A stretch of 64,000 bases of DNA from positions 9,689 through 73,688 of the forward strand of contig JBEBGE010000008.1 in assembly GCA_040081595.1 (NCBI GenBank), given 5' to 3'. The notes beneath the pieces are model-generated. The model searched no databases, was not told where the DNA came from, and was given only the letters and a program-made list of their open reading frames with translations. Position 1 is the first letter of the stretch. The number at the start of each line of letters is the position of its first letter. This DNA is from Devosia sp. (GTDB taxonomy: Bacteria; Pseudomonadota; Alphaproteobacteria; Rhizobiales; Devosiaceae). The position numbers and the translations under genes were made by a program. Shown here piece by piece: positions 39,904-48,724 of this stretch.

Positions 39904-42900
39904 TCATACCGGCTGGCTGCCCAGCACCGCGAGCAGCCGCGGGTTGATCTGGCCGCTTTCGGTCATGCCGGTGGCGCGCTCGAAAGCCTTGATCGCGTCC
40001 ATGGTCTTGGGTCCAGAAACGCCGTCTGGCGTTCCGATGTCATAGCCCAGCTTGCTCAGCGCGACCTGGACGCTGGCGACGATGTCGCGGGCCCCGATGG
40101 TCTCGCCCGGATCGAAAGTCTTGGACCAGGTGCCGATTGGGGCGAAATTGGCCGGCAGGTCGATCGACAGCGGCTTGAAGGTGGCGATCTCGGCACTGAG
40201 CCGGCCGACAACTTCCGCATCAAGCGAGCGGGCCATGTCGTCGCGCGCCTTGGCGGCGTCCTTGTCGCCCGAAAGCGCCGCGATGCCGAACCACTTGAAA
40301 GAGTTCTCAAGGCTCTGCGGCACGCCGAGTCCGCGGGCATAGAGCATGCCCAGATTGAACTGGCTGTCCGTCATGCCGCGTGAAGCGGCTTCCTCGAACC
40401 ACTTTGCGGCAGAGTCGAATTGTTGCTTGCCCAATTGGCCGCCCGCATAGAGCGCGGCTAGATTGTGCATCGACATGCGGTTGCCCGCTTCGGCAGCTCG
40501 CTCATACCAGAGCTTGGCGCTGCCAAGATCCTTGTCTACGCCGTCGCCGTTTTCGTAGAGGCTGCCGAGCCGGTACTGCGCCGGCGCGAAGCCCTGCGCC
40601 GCCGCGCGCTCATACCAGATGGCGGCTGCCTTGAAATCCTGCGGTACCGCGCGGCCCTCGGTATAGATTGCCGCGACTTCGAATTGCGCCCGCGCGTCAC
40701 CGCTTGCCGCGGCTTGCCTGAGGTCGATCGGGCCGATGCCTTCGGGCGGCAGCTCCACCTTGACCGGGCTGGTGAGATCGCCCGAAAGCGGGGTAACCGG
40801 CACCGTATCGGCGGCGCCCATATCGCTGGCCGCATCGAAGGCGGCCGGCATGCCCTGCGGCAAAGCCGCGAAGCCGCGCGCGGCTGCCGGATCGATCGCC
40901 CCAGTCTGGAGCGAATCCGCCATCGGGATCATCCGCGGCGCCGTGAGATCGACCGCGCCGTCCGTCGCTGGGCTAGTCCCGATCGGCAGCTGTTCGTCGA
41001 TGCTGCCGGTGGTAACCCCGGCATCGACCTGCTGCGCGGTGCGCTGCGACGCGGCGCGCTGCTGCATGAGGTTGTAGGTGAGAAATCCAAGTGCCACGAC
41101 CGCCGCACCCAACAGGATCGCCTTGCGGTTACGCAGCAGGAAGCTTTCCTTGGGTGCAACCTCGTGGGCTTCGCTGTCCTCGACAAGGTCGTCGTGATGA
41201 GGCTCGTTTGCGAACGGGACCTCGGTCACCGGCACTGGGGGCGCGACGACCGGCTCGGCCTTCCACTCCGTCCGCGCCGGTTTGTCGCCCGCAAGCGGCT
41301 TATGCGGTGTCTCGCCTTCGCCATCCGGCTTGTTGAATCGTGCCAGCGCTCGACCGATCAGCGAATTGGAGGCCGCGGCGGCGGGTTTGGCGGGCGCCTT
41401 GCGCTGTGCCGCACGCCGCGCCGCTTCGATGAATGTGTTGCGGCTCGACATCGCGACAGGAGCTGGTTCGGCCGCCGCGTCGCCTTCCATCGGCTGTGGC
41501 TCGAACAAACCAAGGCTGGGCGTGGGCGCCGGTGGCGGGGTGACTCGCGACGGGTCGAAGATCAACTGGTCGGGAATGTGCTCATAGCGCGCGGCCAGCG
41601 AGTATTCGTCCTCAAGCCCCGGGTGCAGCCTTCGTGCTCCCGTGCGCGGCTCCGCCGATGGTTCCGGGAATGCGGGGGCAGTCAGCGGCGCCTCCGCCGC
41701 GGGCGGCGCCGGCATGATATCGGGCTGACGCGGCGCAACGCGGGGCGGTGCAGGCTCCTGACCTTCAGGCTGTGGCGGTGAGCGGCGCTCCGTGACTTCT
41801 GCGTGTATCAAACTGGCGATATCGGCTTCGAGCGCCGGGGCGGCGGGAGTCCCGACCGATGGATCGGGTTCGCTTCCTGCTTCCTGCCGGGTGCGCATCG
41901 ACTCTTCCAGCCGCTGCAGTCGCTCATTGACCTCTTCGATACCGCGCCGCATGCCGCCGAATTGGTCGGAGCCAATCTCCGGCTTCATCGTTCTCAGCAT
42001 CGCCGTAATGCGCTGCTCGAGGCCATCCAGCGATGTCTGTTCGATCCCGGGCGACCTCTCGATCGCCCTCACCGCCGCACTGGTCCGCTCGGCGACCATG
42101 TCGGCAAGGGCCACCATATCCGGCCGAGTGCCTTCGACGCCCTTGACCACAGCGCTCGTCCGCGCCGCGACCATATCGGCGAGCGCCTCGAAGTCCGGCA
42201 TCTGCTGCGGTTCGCTATTCGCATAGAGCTTGGCAAGGCCCGAGAGCTGCTCGCTGGTCTGGTCCATGCGGGCCACAAGCTGCCGCACCTGAGCTTCAAT
42301 CTGCCCGACACCGGGATCGATCGGCCTTTCGCCGATTCTTGCGTTTAGCGCCTCAAGGCTCTGGGTGATCCGGGAAAAGTCGCCGGCGCTGGGGTTCAGC
42401 GCATCGATCCGGCGCTCCAGCGATTGAAAGCGCGGATCGAGGGACGCCGTCACCGCTTCGCGCAACGTGCTCAGGTCCTTGCGCAGGGAATGCAGCAGCC
42501 GGTCACCGGACTCGAGGTCAGAGATGCGGCTGTTGAGCGCATCGACCAGTTCGATCAGGTTCTGCGGCGAGGCCGTCGAGCGCAGCGCCTCGGTGAAGCG
42601 GGCCATCTCGGCGGTCAGGTGCTCGATCGCGGCGGGTGAAGCGCCGCCGCTCCGCTCAAGCGTGTCGATCCGGTCATAGACATTGCGGACGCTGGCCTCG
42701 ATCGCCTGCATGCCGTCGCGGAAGGCCGCCGTCTGTACGGGATTTTCGATCTTGTTGGCGAATTGCACCTGCAGGTCCGCAAGCCGGCCCATTGCCGACG
42801 ACATGTCGTCAAGCCGCCGTGTCGTGCCTGAACTATCGGCCTCGCGGCTCTGCGCGATCAGCTTGCCCAGGCTCGCGATCTGCCCTTCCAGGCGCTTGAC

Positions 42901-43470
42901 CTGTCCGGTCTCGCCTACGGCGCCTGCCAGAAGCTCCACCACACCGGCCAATTGGCTCACCTGGTCAGCGATCATCTTCACATCGCCACCGCTTCTGAGA
43001 TTGGATTTGAGTTCGCTTTCGATCCGCTCGAGCCGCGCCGTCATGCCGCCAAGCGCCGTCGCGTACTGGTCGAGCCGGGGAGCTTCAGCAGCGCGCGGTT
43101 GCGGAGGCGGCGGAGGCATGGCCGGAACCGGCACGCTCTGCCGGCCGCGAATCTGGTCGATCGCCGACTGCAGGCTCTCGCGTCCGGGACTCGTCAGCGG
43201 CTCGTCGCGGTAATTGAACCGGTCGACCGCGCGTTGCACCGAGCGCAGGGCTTCGCGATGCCGGATATTGCCGGGCTCCGGCGCCGGTTCCGCCATCGGC
43301 ACGCCAGGCCGGCCGGATTGATCATAGGCGTCATCGTGCCGGGTGCGGGCAACCTGCGTTTCGACCTGATCCAGCAGCGCGACCAGTTCCCCCCTGAGGC
43401 TCTGCCAATCGGCGCCGCTCTGGACGCGATCGCCGTCGCGGGGCAGGGTCTGTGGGAACGCGCGGGCCAT
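39904..43470 (-). CDS. podJ: PodJ-like polar localisation factor
   Basis: About 600-aa coiled-coil cytoplasmic region, Pro-rich linker, one TM (AILLGAAVVALGFLTY), four or more Sel1 repeats, C-terminal PG_binding_1 (LGYDIGTPDGVSGPKTMDAIKAFE). Confidence 0.7.
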   Translation of the reverse strand: MARAFPQTLPRDGDRVQSGADWQSLRGELVALLDQVETQVARTRHDDAYDQSGRPGVPMAEPAPEPGNIRHREALRSVQRAVDRFNYRDEPLTSPGRESLQSAIDQIRGRQSVPVPAMPPPPPQPRAAEAPRLDQYATALGGMTARLERIESELKSNLRSGGDVKMIADQVSQLAGVVELLAGAVGETGQVKRLEGQIASLGKLIAQSREADSSGTTRRLDDMSSAMGRLADLQVQFANKIENPVQTAAFRDGMQAIEASVRNVYDRIDTLERSGGASPAAIEHLTAEMARFTEALRSTASPQNLIELVDALNSRISDLESGDRLLHSLRKDLSTLREAVTASLDPRFQSLERRIDALNPSAGDFSRITQSLEALNARIGERPIDPGVGQIEAQVRQLVARMDQTSEQLSGLAKLYANSEPQQMPDFEALADMVAARTSAVVKGVEGTRPDMVALADMVAERTSAAVRAIERSPGIEQTSLDGLEQRITAMLRTMKPEIGSDQFGGMRRGIEEVNERLQRLEESMRTRQEAGSEPDPSVGTPAAPALEADIASLIHAEVTERRSPPQPEGQEPAPPRVAPRQPDIMPAPPAAEAPLTAPAFPEPSAEPRTGARRLHPGLEDEYSLAARYEHIPDQLIFDPSRVTPPPAPTPSLGLFEPQPMEGDAAAEPAPVAMSSRNTFIEAARRAAQRKAPAKPAAAASNSLIGRALARFNKPDGEGETPHKPLAGDKPARTEWKAEPVVAPPVPVTEVPFANEPHHDDLVEDSEAHEVAPKESFLLRNRKAILLGAAVVALGFLTYNLMQQRAASQRTAQQVDAGVTTGSIDEQLPIGTSPATDGAVDLTAPRMIPMADSLQTGAIDPAAARGFAALPQGMPAAFDAASDMGAADTVPVTPLSGDLTSPVKVELPPEGIGPIDLRQAAASGDARAQFEVAAIYTEGRAVPQDFKAAAIWYERAAAQGFAPAQYRLGSLYENGDGVDKDLGSAKLWYERAAEAGNRMSMHNLAALYAGGQLGKQQFDSAAKWFEEAASRGMTDSQFNLGMLYARGLGVPQSLENSFKWFGIAALSGDKDAAKARDDMARSLDAEVVGRLSAEIATFKPLSIDLPANFAPIGTWSKTFDPGETIGARDIVASVQVALSKLGYDIGTPDGVSGPKTMDAIKAFERATGMTESGQINPRLLAVLGSQPV

Positions 43471-43548
43471 GAAACCTTCCCGGGTGAGAATGGGCCGCCC
43501 CGGCGCAGAAAGCGCCCAAGGATCAGCCGCACTCTCACAAAAACATGG

Positions 43549-43563
43549 TAAAGAAGCCGTTAA
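43549..43563 (-). promoter_or_regulatory. CtrA-box-like motif upstream of podJ
   Basis: Minus strand: TTAA-cggcttc-TTTAC (consensus TTAA-N7-TTAAC, one mismatch), about 80 nt upstream of the podJ ATG. Confidence 0.3.
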
Positions 43564-43674
43564 GTCCCGCTGCAGTTTGCAAAAATGGCGCTGCCGGACC
43601 CTGCCGACCTAAGTGCAATGTCGGGCGCGGGTCGCTCTTGCTAGGGTCCACGCCGATAGACTGGAAGGTACAAT

Positions 43675-44331
43675 TTGGGCCGCCGCTTCATCATCGTCGA
43701 TGACCACCCCCTGTTCCGCGCCGCTCTGGGCCAGACCCTGAGTGGGGAGGCGGGCAACGTCGTCGAAGAGGCATCGAGCCTCGACGAACTCAGCGCCGCG
43801 CTTGCCGCGGATCGGGATTGCGACCTTGTGCTGCTCGATCTCAACATGCCCGGCGCGCGGGGGTTTTCAGGCCTTCTGCTGCTGCGGGCGCAATTTCCCG
43901 ACATCCCGGTGATGATCGTCTCGGCGGTCGAGGAGCCTTCGACCATCCAGCGAGCGCTCGAGCTGGGCGCGGCAGGCTATTTGCCGAAATCGGTGGGCCC
44001 GGCCGAAATCAGGGCTGCAATCGAGACGGCGCTCAAGGGCGATATCGTCGTGCCAATGGGCCATGATATTACGGCCACGGACCGCCAGGCCACACTGTTG
44101 CGGCGCCTCTCGACATTGACGCCTCAACAGGTGCGGGTGCTGATGATGTTGAGCGATGGGCTCATGAACAAGCAGATCGCCTATGAACTCTCGATCTCGG
44201 AGGCGACGGTCAAAGCCCACGTCTCCTCGATCCTGCAGAAGCTCGATGTCGATAGCCGCACCCAGGCGGTGATAGCCGCCGCTTCGATCGAGCAGGGACG
44301 CTTCGACACCCTGCTGCCCGAAGAACCCTAA
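43675..44331 (+). CDS. NarL/FixJ-family response regulator (canonical receiver)
   Basis: IIVDDHP, LVLLDLNMPG, MIVSA, LPKS receiver residues. LuxR HTH (LTPQQVRVLMMLSDGLMNKQIAYELSISEATVKAHV). TTG start after GGAAGG. Confidence 0.85.
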   Translation: MGRRFIIVDDHPLFRAALGQTLSGEAGNVVEEASSLDELSAALAADRDCDLVLLDLNMPGARGFSGLLLLRAQFPDIPVMIVSAVEEPSTIQRALELGAAGYLPKSVGPAEIRAAIETALKGDIVVPMGHDITATDRQATLLRRLSTLTPQQVRVLMMLSDGLMNKQIAYELSISEATVKAHVSSILQKLDVDSRTQAVIAAASIEQGRFDTLLPEEP

Positions 44332-45959
44332 CTCGCTGGATCCGTCTTGCGCATCGGCTGCGCCTGCCGTTGTGCGGCGAGCCCGCTGATTGTCGCGCGC
44401 AGCGCCGCCGGTTTCACCGGCTTGGTGACCACGGCGATGCCGCGCTCCTCAGCAAGGAGCCGCACCGACGGGCTGCGGTCCGCGGTCACCAGAGCCGCCG
44501 GCACATGCCCCCCGACATTATGGCGCAGCCACTCGATGGCATCGAGTCCGGAGGTCTGTCCGAGGTGGTAGTCCATCAGGACGAGATCGGGCATCCAGCC
44601 GGTCAGCACCTCGTCGCGCGCGATGTCCTTGAGCGAGCGCGCGGAGCGGACATCGCAGCCCCAATTGCCGAGCAACCCCTCCATTGCATCCAGGATCGGC
44701 CGCTCGTTGTCGACGCAAAGGACACGCAAACCCGCAATGTTCACGGCACTTTCGCCGCGCTCTGCATCGCCGGTGCGCTCGCCGGTGCGCTTGCCGAGCG
44801 GCAGATAGAGCGAGAAGCGCGAGCCTTTGCCCTCGACACTCGCGACCTCAAGCGTCAGCCCCATCGCCGCGACCAGCCGCTCGACGATCGACAGCCCGAG
44901 CCCTAACCCCTGCGCCATGCGGGCACCCTGCTCGAGCCGCGAGAACTCCGCAAAGAGGAGTGACTGCTGGTCGCGATCAAAACCGATCCCGGTGTCGATC
45001 ACATCGAGCCGGAGCCTGCCGCCGCGCCGTCGCACGCCGACCAGCACTCGTCCGCCTACCCGCGTGTACTTGATGGCGTTGGAGACGAGGTTCTGGAGGA
45101 TCCGGCCGACCAGGGAACGGTCTGCCAGCACAGCGAGACGGGTCGGGCAGAGGTGCAGGCCGATCGACTTTTCTCGCGCGAGGGGTGCGAACTCGACCTC
45201 GATCTTGCGCATCAGATCTTCGACCGCGACGATCGACGGCAGCGGTTTGAGTGCGCCTGAGTCGATCCGCGAGATGTCGAGAAGGGCCGACATGATTTCT
45301 TCCACAGCATTTAGTGAGGCCCCGATCGCCTGCGCGAGCTCACCCGTCTCACCCATCCCGGCGCGCTCGGTGAGGGTCGCTGTATAGAGCCGCGCCGCGT
45401 TCAGGGGTTGAAGCAGGTCGTGGCTCGCGGCGGCAAGGAAGCGGGTCTTGTCGCGGTTGGCTGCGTCGGCTTTCTTCCTGGCATTCTCGAGTTCGAAATT
45501 GACCCGCAGCAGGGTAGCCGTACGCTCCGCGACGCGCCCCTCAAGGCTGAGATTGGCCCGCTCCAGCGCCGCTTCCGCCTCGATACGAGCCGATACGTCC
45601 GCAAAGCTGATGACAAGCCCGCCCTCAGGCAGGCGCGCCGAGTGGAATTCAAGCGTTTGCCCTTGTTTTCCAAGGCGTTGCGAGACCGAGCCCGAGGCTT
45701 TGGTTAAGGTCTCGACGCGCTCCGCGGCCAACGCGATAGGGTCGCCGGCCCCCAGATCTCCCCGCCGCGCGATGTGCAAAGCGATATCATAGAGTGGTGT
45801 TCCAGCACCGGTCAGTCCGGGCGGCAACTCCAGCAGCTCGCCATATCGTCCGTTGGCGACGACAAGGTGCAGGTTGGCGTCGAACACGGCCAGCCCTTGC
45901 GGCACAAATTCGACCGCCCGGCGGAGCTGGCTGTCGATTTCGGCGTGGTCCTGATCCAT
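44328..45959 (-). CDS. hybrid sensor histidine kinase/response regulator (PAS-HisKA-HATPase-REC)
   Basis: H-box AAASHDLLQPL, N-box NLVSNAIKYT, G-box DTGIGF and GLGLGLSIV. C-terminal receiver (VLCVDNE, VLMDYHLG, KP). Confidence 0.85.
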   Translation of the reverse strand: MDQDHAEIDSQLRRAVEFVPQGLAVFDANLHLVVANGRYGELLELPPGLTGAGTPLYDIALHIARRGDLGAGDPIALAAERVETLTKASGSVSQRLGKQGQTLEFHSARLPEGGLVISFADVSARIEAEAALERANLSLEGRVAERTATLLRVNFELENARKKADAANRDKTRFLAAASHDLLQPLNAARLYTATLTERAGMGETGELAQAIGASLNAVEEIMSALLDISRIDSGALKPLPSIVAVEDLMRKIEVEFAPLAREKSIGLHLCPTRLAVLADRSLVGRILQNLVSNAIKYTRVGGRVLVGVRRRGGRLRLDVIDTGIGFDRDQQSLLFAEFSRLEQGARMAQGLGLGLSIVERLVAAMGLTLEVASVEGKGSRFSLYLPLGKRTGERTGDAERGESAVNIAGLRVLCVDNERPILDAMEGLLGNWGCDVRSARSLKDIARDEVLTGWMPDLVLMDYHLGQTSGLDAIEWLRHNVGGHVPAALVTADRSPSVRLLAEERGIAVVTKPVKPAALRATISGLAAQRQAQPMRKTDPAS

Positions 45960-46176
45960 CGGTTCAGCGGTCTGTTCTAGAGCGTCACTGACGCACAACT
46001 GCGCTTGCGTTCTGGAACGACTATCGGCTCCGAAGGGTCAACCCGCAAGCTGACACGAAGTCGGCCCATTGCATTTAAGCGCGAACTGCGTGATTCTCCC
46101 GAACGCTGCGAGTCTCGTGCAGCGCGGCGCCGAGAGGGTCGGCGACGCCGGACGGAATGAATAGCAGAGGGGGCAC

Positions 46177-46571
46177 ATGCTCAAGAAGTTTTGCGGCTTC
46201 GCTCTCGAGGGCAATGTGACTGGCCTGGCCTATGACATCATCAGCGGCGCTCGTTTGAGTGCCTGGGTTTCCTCCCTCGCCGATGGTGTCTTCAAGCCGG
46301 TGAACGGTCACGTCCTTGGCCGCGTCAACTTCGCCGAACTGTTCCGCGTCCAGAGCAATCCGAACATCGTCCCAGTGACGTCCCCTGCCATCGCTGAGCG
46401 GCGGGCATGGCGGCACTCAATATCGGTTTGTTCACCAATGCAGTTGTAGAGTTCAGCATTGTTGCCTTCGTGCTGTTGCTCGTCGTGAAGGTCTTCAATT
46501 CACTGAGAAGGAACTGGCAGCGGCACCCGCCGCTGCGACACCAGCACCAACAAAGGAAGAAGTTCACTTGA
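46177..46571 (+). pseudogene. mscL: mscL (large-conductance mechanosensitive channel) with two frame disruptions
   Basis: MLKKFCGFALEGNV... is colinear with MscL. TM2 (NIGLFTNAVVEFSIVAFVLLLVVKVFNSLRR) is in another frame from about 46401, and the C-terminal helix (PAPTKEEVHLTDIRD) in a third frame from about 46508. Charged residues (D, R) lie in TM1. Confidence 0.6.
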
Positions 46572-46807
46572 CCGATATCCGTGACACCAAAACGATGCCG
46601 ATGGCCGCCGCGAAGGCCCCCTCGGTTGCCAAGAAGCCGGCCGCCGCTGCCAAAGCTCCGGCCAAGAAGTCCGTAGCCAAGAAGGCTGCGAAGAAGGCAC
46701 CGGCCAAGAAGGCCGCCGCCAAGAAGGCCCCGGCAAAGAAGGCCGCCAAGAAGGCAGCCAAGAAGGCTCCGGCCAAGAAGGCAGCCAAGAAGGCCTCGAA
46801 GAAGTAA
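46568..46807 (+). CDS. Lys/Ala-rich histone H1-like repeat protein
   Basis: (A/P)AKKA repeats throughout. TTG start 8 nt after GGAAG (an ATG at 46595 is the alternative). Followed by a good intrinsic terminator. Confidence 0.55.
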   Translation: MTDIRDTKTMPMAAAKAPSVAKKPAAAAKAPAKKSVAKKAAKKAPAKKAAAKKAPAKKAAKKAAKKAPAKKAAKKASKK

Positions 46808-46849
46808 TTTGGCGGCCGGCCCCTGAGGCCGGCGGCTCAAACGACCTAT

Positions 46850-46887
46850 AGGGCCAGCGTTCGCAAGAATGCTGGCCCTAAGCTTTT
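46850..46887 (+). terminator. intrinsic terminator
   Basis: AGGGCCAGC-(12-nt loop)-GCTGGCCCT followed by aagcTTTT. Confidence 0.55.
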
Positions 46888-47191
46888 GGATATCCTGAAA
46901 GCGGGATCGTGGCACGATGCGGCGGATTGGGCGATGCCGCCGCGCCCAGGCGCGCTGCCTGGCGCGTTAGCCTGGTCTATGCCCTGGAACCTCACCGCCC
47001 GTAACGAGCCGCCAAGGGCTCCACTCGAGGCCGGGGTTCTCGCTCGCTAGAGCGTCGGTCCAGTCCGCTGATTGCGGGAATCCTCGGTCAAACCCGACGC
47101 CGTTGGTACTTGACCGGATTGCCTCGTCAAATTCCGCATGACAGATGTCCTACGAAATCTCAGAAATCTACTGACATAGGAACTTGTTCAG

Positions 47192-47220
47192 TTGACGCGT
47201 CTGAAAGCTAGGAATATACA
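47192..47220 (+). promoter_or_regulatory. sigma70-like promoter
   Basis: TTGACG-17 nt-TATACA in an AT-rich patch, about 310 nt upstream of the next CDS. Confidence 0.4.
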
Positions 47221-47528
47221 CCTAAAACATGGGTAGTCGATCATACGCAGTTACCTGCACGGAACGCGAGTTCCCTTATCGCAAACTGCGGATGCGATTC
47301 ACCTGAACCCTCGGTGCCGGGTGTGTGGACCGTCCGCTTGTGACGCGGACCCTTCGCCCCGGGAAGGCCGGCATTGGCCGCGACCTCGTCACCGCCGGTA
47401 CGTGCACACGGGAGCGTCGTGAGCGGAGGCCCATACTCGGCCTGCCGGAGCTACGACGCGCCCACTGAGAAACGTGACGGAACCTTCGAGTTGCTCGAAC
47501 CGGTTCCGCCCCCGTCACGGAGGCCTCG

Positions 47529-48164
47529 ATGACCGACGACGTCTATGTCCCGTTCTATCAGCGTCGCGACCGGCTGGTCCACATCGTGGATGCCGACCTC
47601 GGTATCTGCGAGTCGCTCAGCGTCCTGTTCCGGCTTGAGGGTCTGCAGACCTCCTTCTTCACCGATCTCACCGGCTTCTTCTCGGCACTGGAGCGGCGAC
47701 AGCCGGATGTCGTTGTCGCCAACATGCGTCTTCAGGGCGGCGACGGCCTACAGCTTCTCCGCCGTCTCAAGACACAGCGGGCCGGCACTCCTGTCTTCAT
47801 CATGCTCGACGCCCCCGATGTCGAAGCCGCAGTAGCGGCGATGAAAGCCGGGGCGTCCGATGTCCTTTCCAAGCCGATCGACGGGGATCGGTTGACCGAG
47901 GCCGTGCGTGAGGTGCTGCGCCATGACGTGATGCTCGGCCGGTCCCAAGGCGGCGGACGGCCGGTTGAGGTGCGCGGCTTTTCGCAATTGACCCCGCGCG
48001 AGCGCGAAGTGCTGCAACTCATCACCAACGGTCAGTCGAACAAGGAGGCCGGCCGCGAACTCGGCATATCCCCTCGCACGATCGAGGTGCATCGCGCCCG
48101 CGTCATGGAGAAGCTCGGCGCGCGCAATACCGCCGACCTGATGCGGATCGTGTTGACAGCCTAG
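47529..48164 (+). CDS. FixJ/LuxR-family regulator with a degenerate (pseudo-)receiver
   Basis: LuxR HTH (LTPREREVLQLITNGQSNKEAGRELGISPRTIEVHRARVM). The receiver has VDAD, VVVANMRLQGGDG (Asn where the phospho-Asp is expected) and FIMLDAPD (no Thr/Ser). Lys is retained (LSKP). Confidence 0.8.
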   Translation: MTDDVYVPFYQRRDRLVHIVDADLGICESLSVLFRLEGLQTSFFTDLTGFFSALERRQPDVVVANMRLQGGDGLQLLRRLKTQRAGTPVFIMLDAPDVEAAVAAMKAGASDVLSKPIDGDRLTEAVREVLRHDVMLGRSQGGGRPVEVRGFSQLTPREREVLQLITNGQSNKEAGRELGISPRTIEVHRARVMEKLGARNTADLMRIVLTA

Positions 48165-48179
48165 CGGCCGTCGCGGTGA

Positions 48180-48659
48180 TCAGGCGACCCTGGCAAGTCC
48201 CAGGGCCCAATCCCTGGCACGGGCAATCTCCCCCTCGCGGAGCGGACCTTCGGTTCCCGTAACGACGAAACCGCCGGGCGTACCGGCGCTGACGCAACCC
48301 TTGTTGGCGAAGCTTGCGGCAATGCGGTCGGCGGCATAGCCCCCTGCCTCGACCACCCAGCGCAGCGGTGCCGGATGAATATCCTCGGCTGCGATGCGCG
48401 TATCGAAAGCTGCGGTACGCGTGCCGGCGAGTTGGGCACTATCGAGACCCTCGGTGTATTCGGAAATCGCCGGGGTCGGGCGGAAGCCGCGTGTCGGCGA
48501 GCCGACAACCAGCAGGTCGAGGCCAGCAAGGGCGAGCGATTTCGCCTCGCCGACTGGCAGCAGTGCCACCTCGTTGCCGGGGCGCAACGCGTCGGCGATC
48601 GCCTCGGCGATCTTGGCCGTGTTTCCGAAAATGCTGTCATGTACAATGGCGATCTTCAT
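48180..48659 (-). CDS. flavodoxin family protein
   Basis: MKIAIVHDSIFGNTAKIAEAI... FMN-binding loop. About 160 aa. Confidence 0.7.
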   Translation of the reverse strand: MKIAIVHDSIFGNTAKIAEAIADALRPGNEVALLPVGEAKSLALAGLDLLVVGSPTRGFRPTPAISEYTEGLDSAQLAGTRTAAFDTRIAAEDIHPAPLRWVVEAGGYAADRIAASFANKGCVSAGTPGGFVVTGTEGPLREGEIARARDWALGLARVA

Positions 48660-48724
48660 CGGCGGCACCCCTGATGTTGAGTGCCGACCATCTCAGACTG
48701 AAGCACCGGCTGCTTTGACCTCGG

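Noticed and set aside
40465-41781. 438-aa plus-strand ORF inside podJ
   Set aside because: It is antisense to the Sel1/PG-binding frame and has an Arg-rich composition.
46395-46512. Programmed ribosomal frameshifting to rescue mscL
   Set aside because: I saw no slippery heptamer or stimulatory structure at either junction. Two shifts would be needed, and TM1 also carries charged substitutions. Decay or sequencing error is more parsimonious.
46325-46915. Minus-strand ORFs with LLG/FLA repeats (196 aa, 78 aa, 74 aa)
   Set aside because: They are mirror translations of the GCC-AAG-AAG-GC DNA repeats. The plus-strand KA-rich frame has a start context and a terminator.
47300-47520. Cobalamin riboswitch in the FixJ-like leader (GGGAAGGC, CCCACTGAGA and GGCCTGCCGG strings)
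   Set aside because: The order and spacing of the look-alike strings do not follow the B12-element consensus; the GCCACUG-like box comes after the B12-box-like string. The downstream gene is also not a cobalamin or transport gene.
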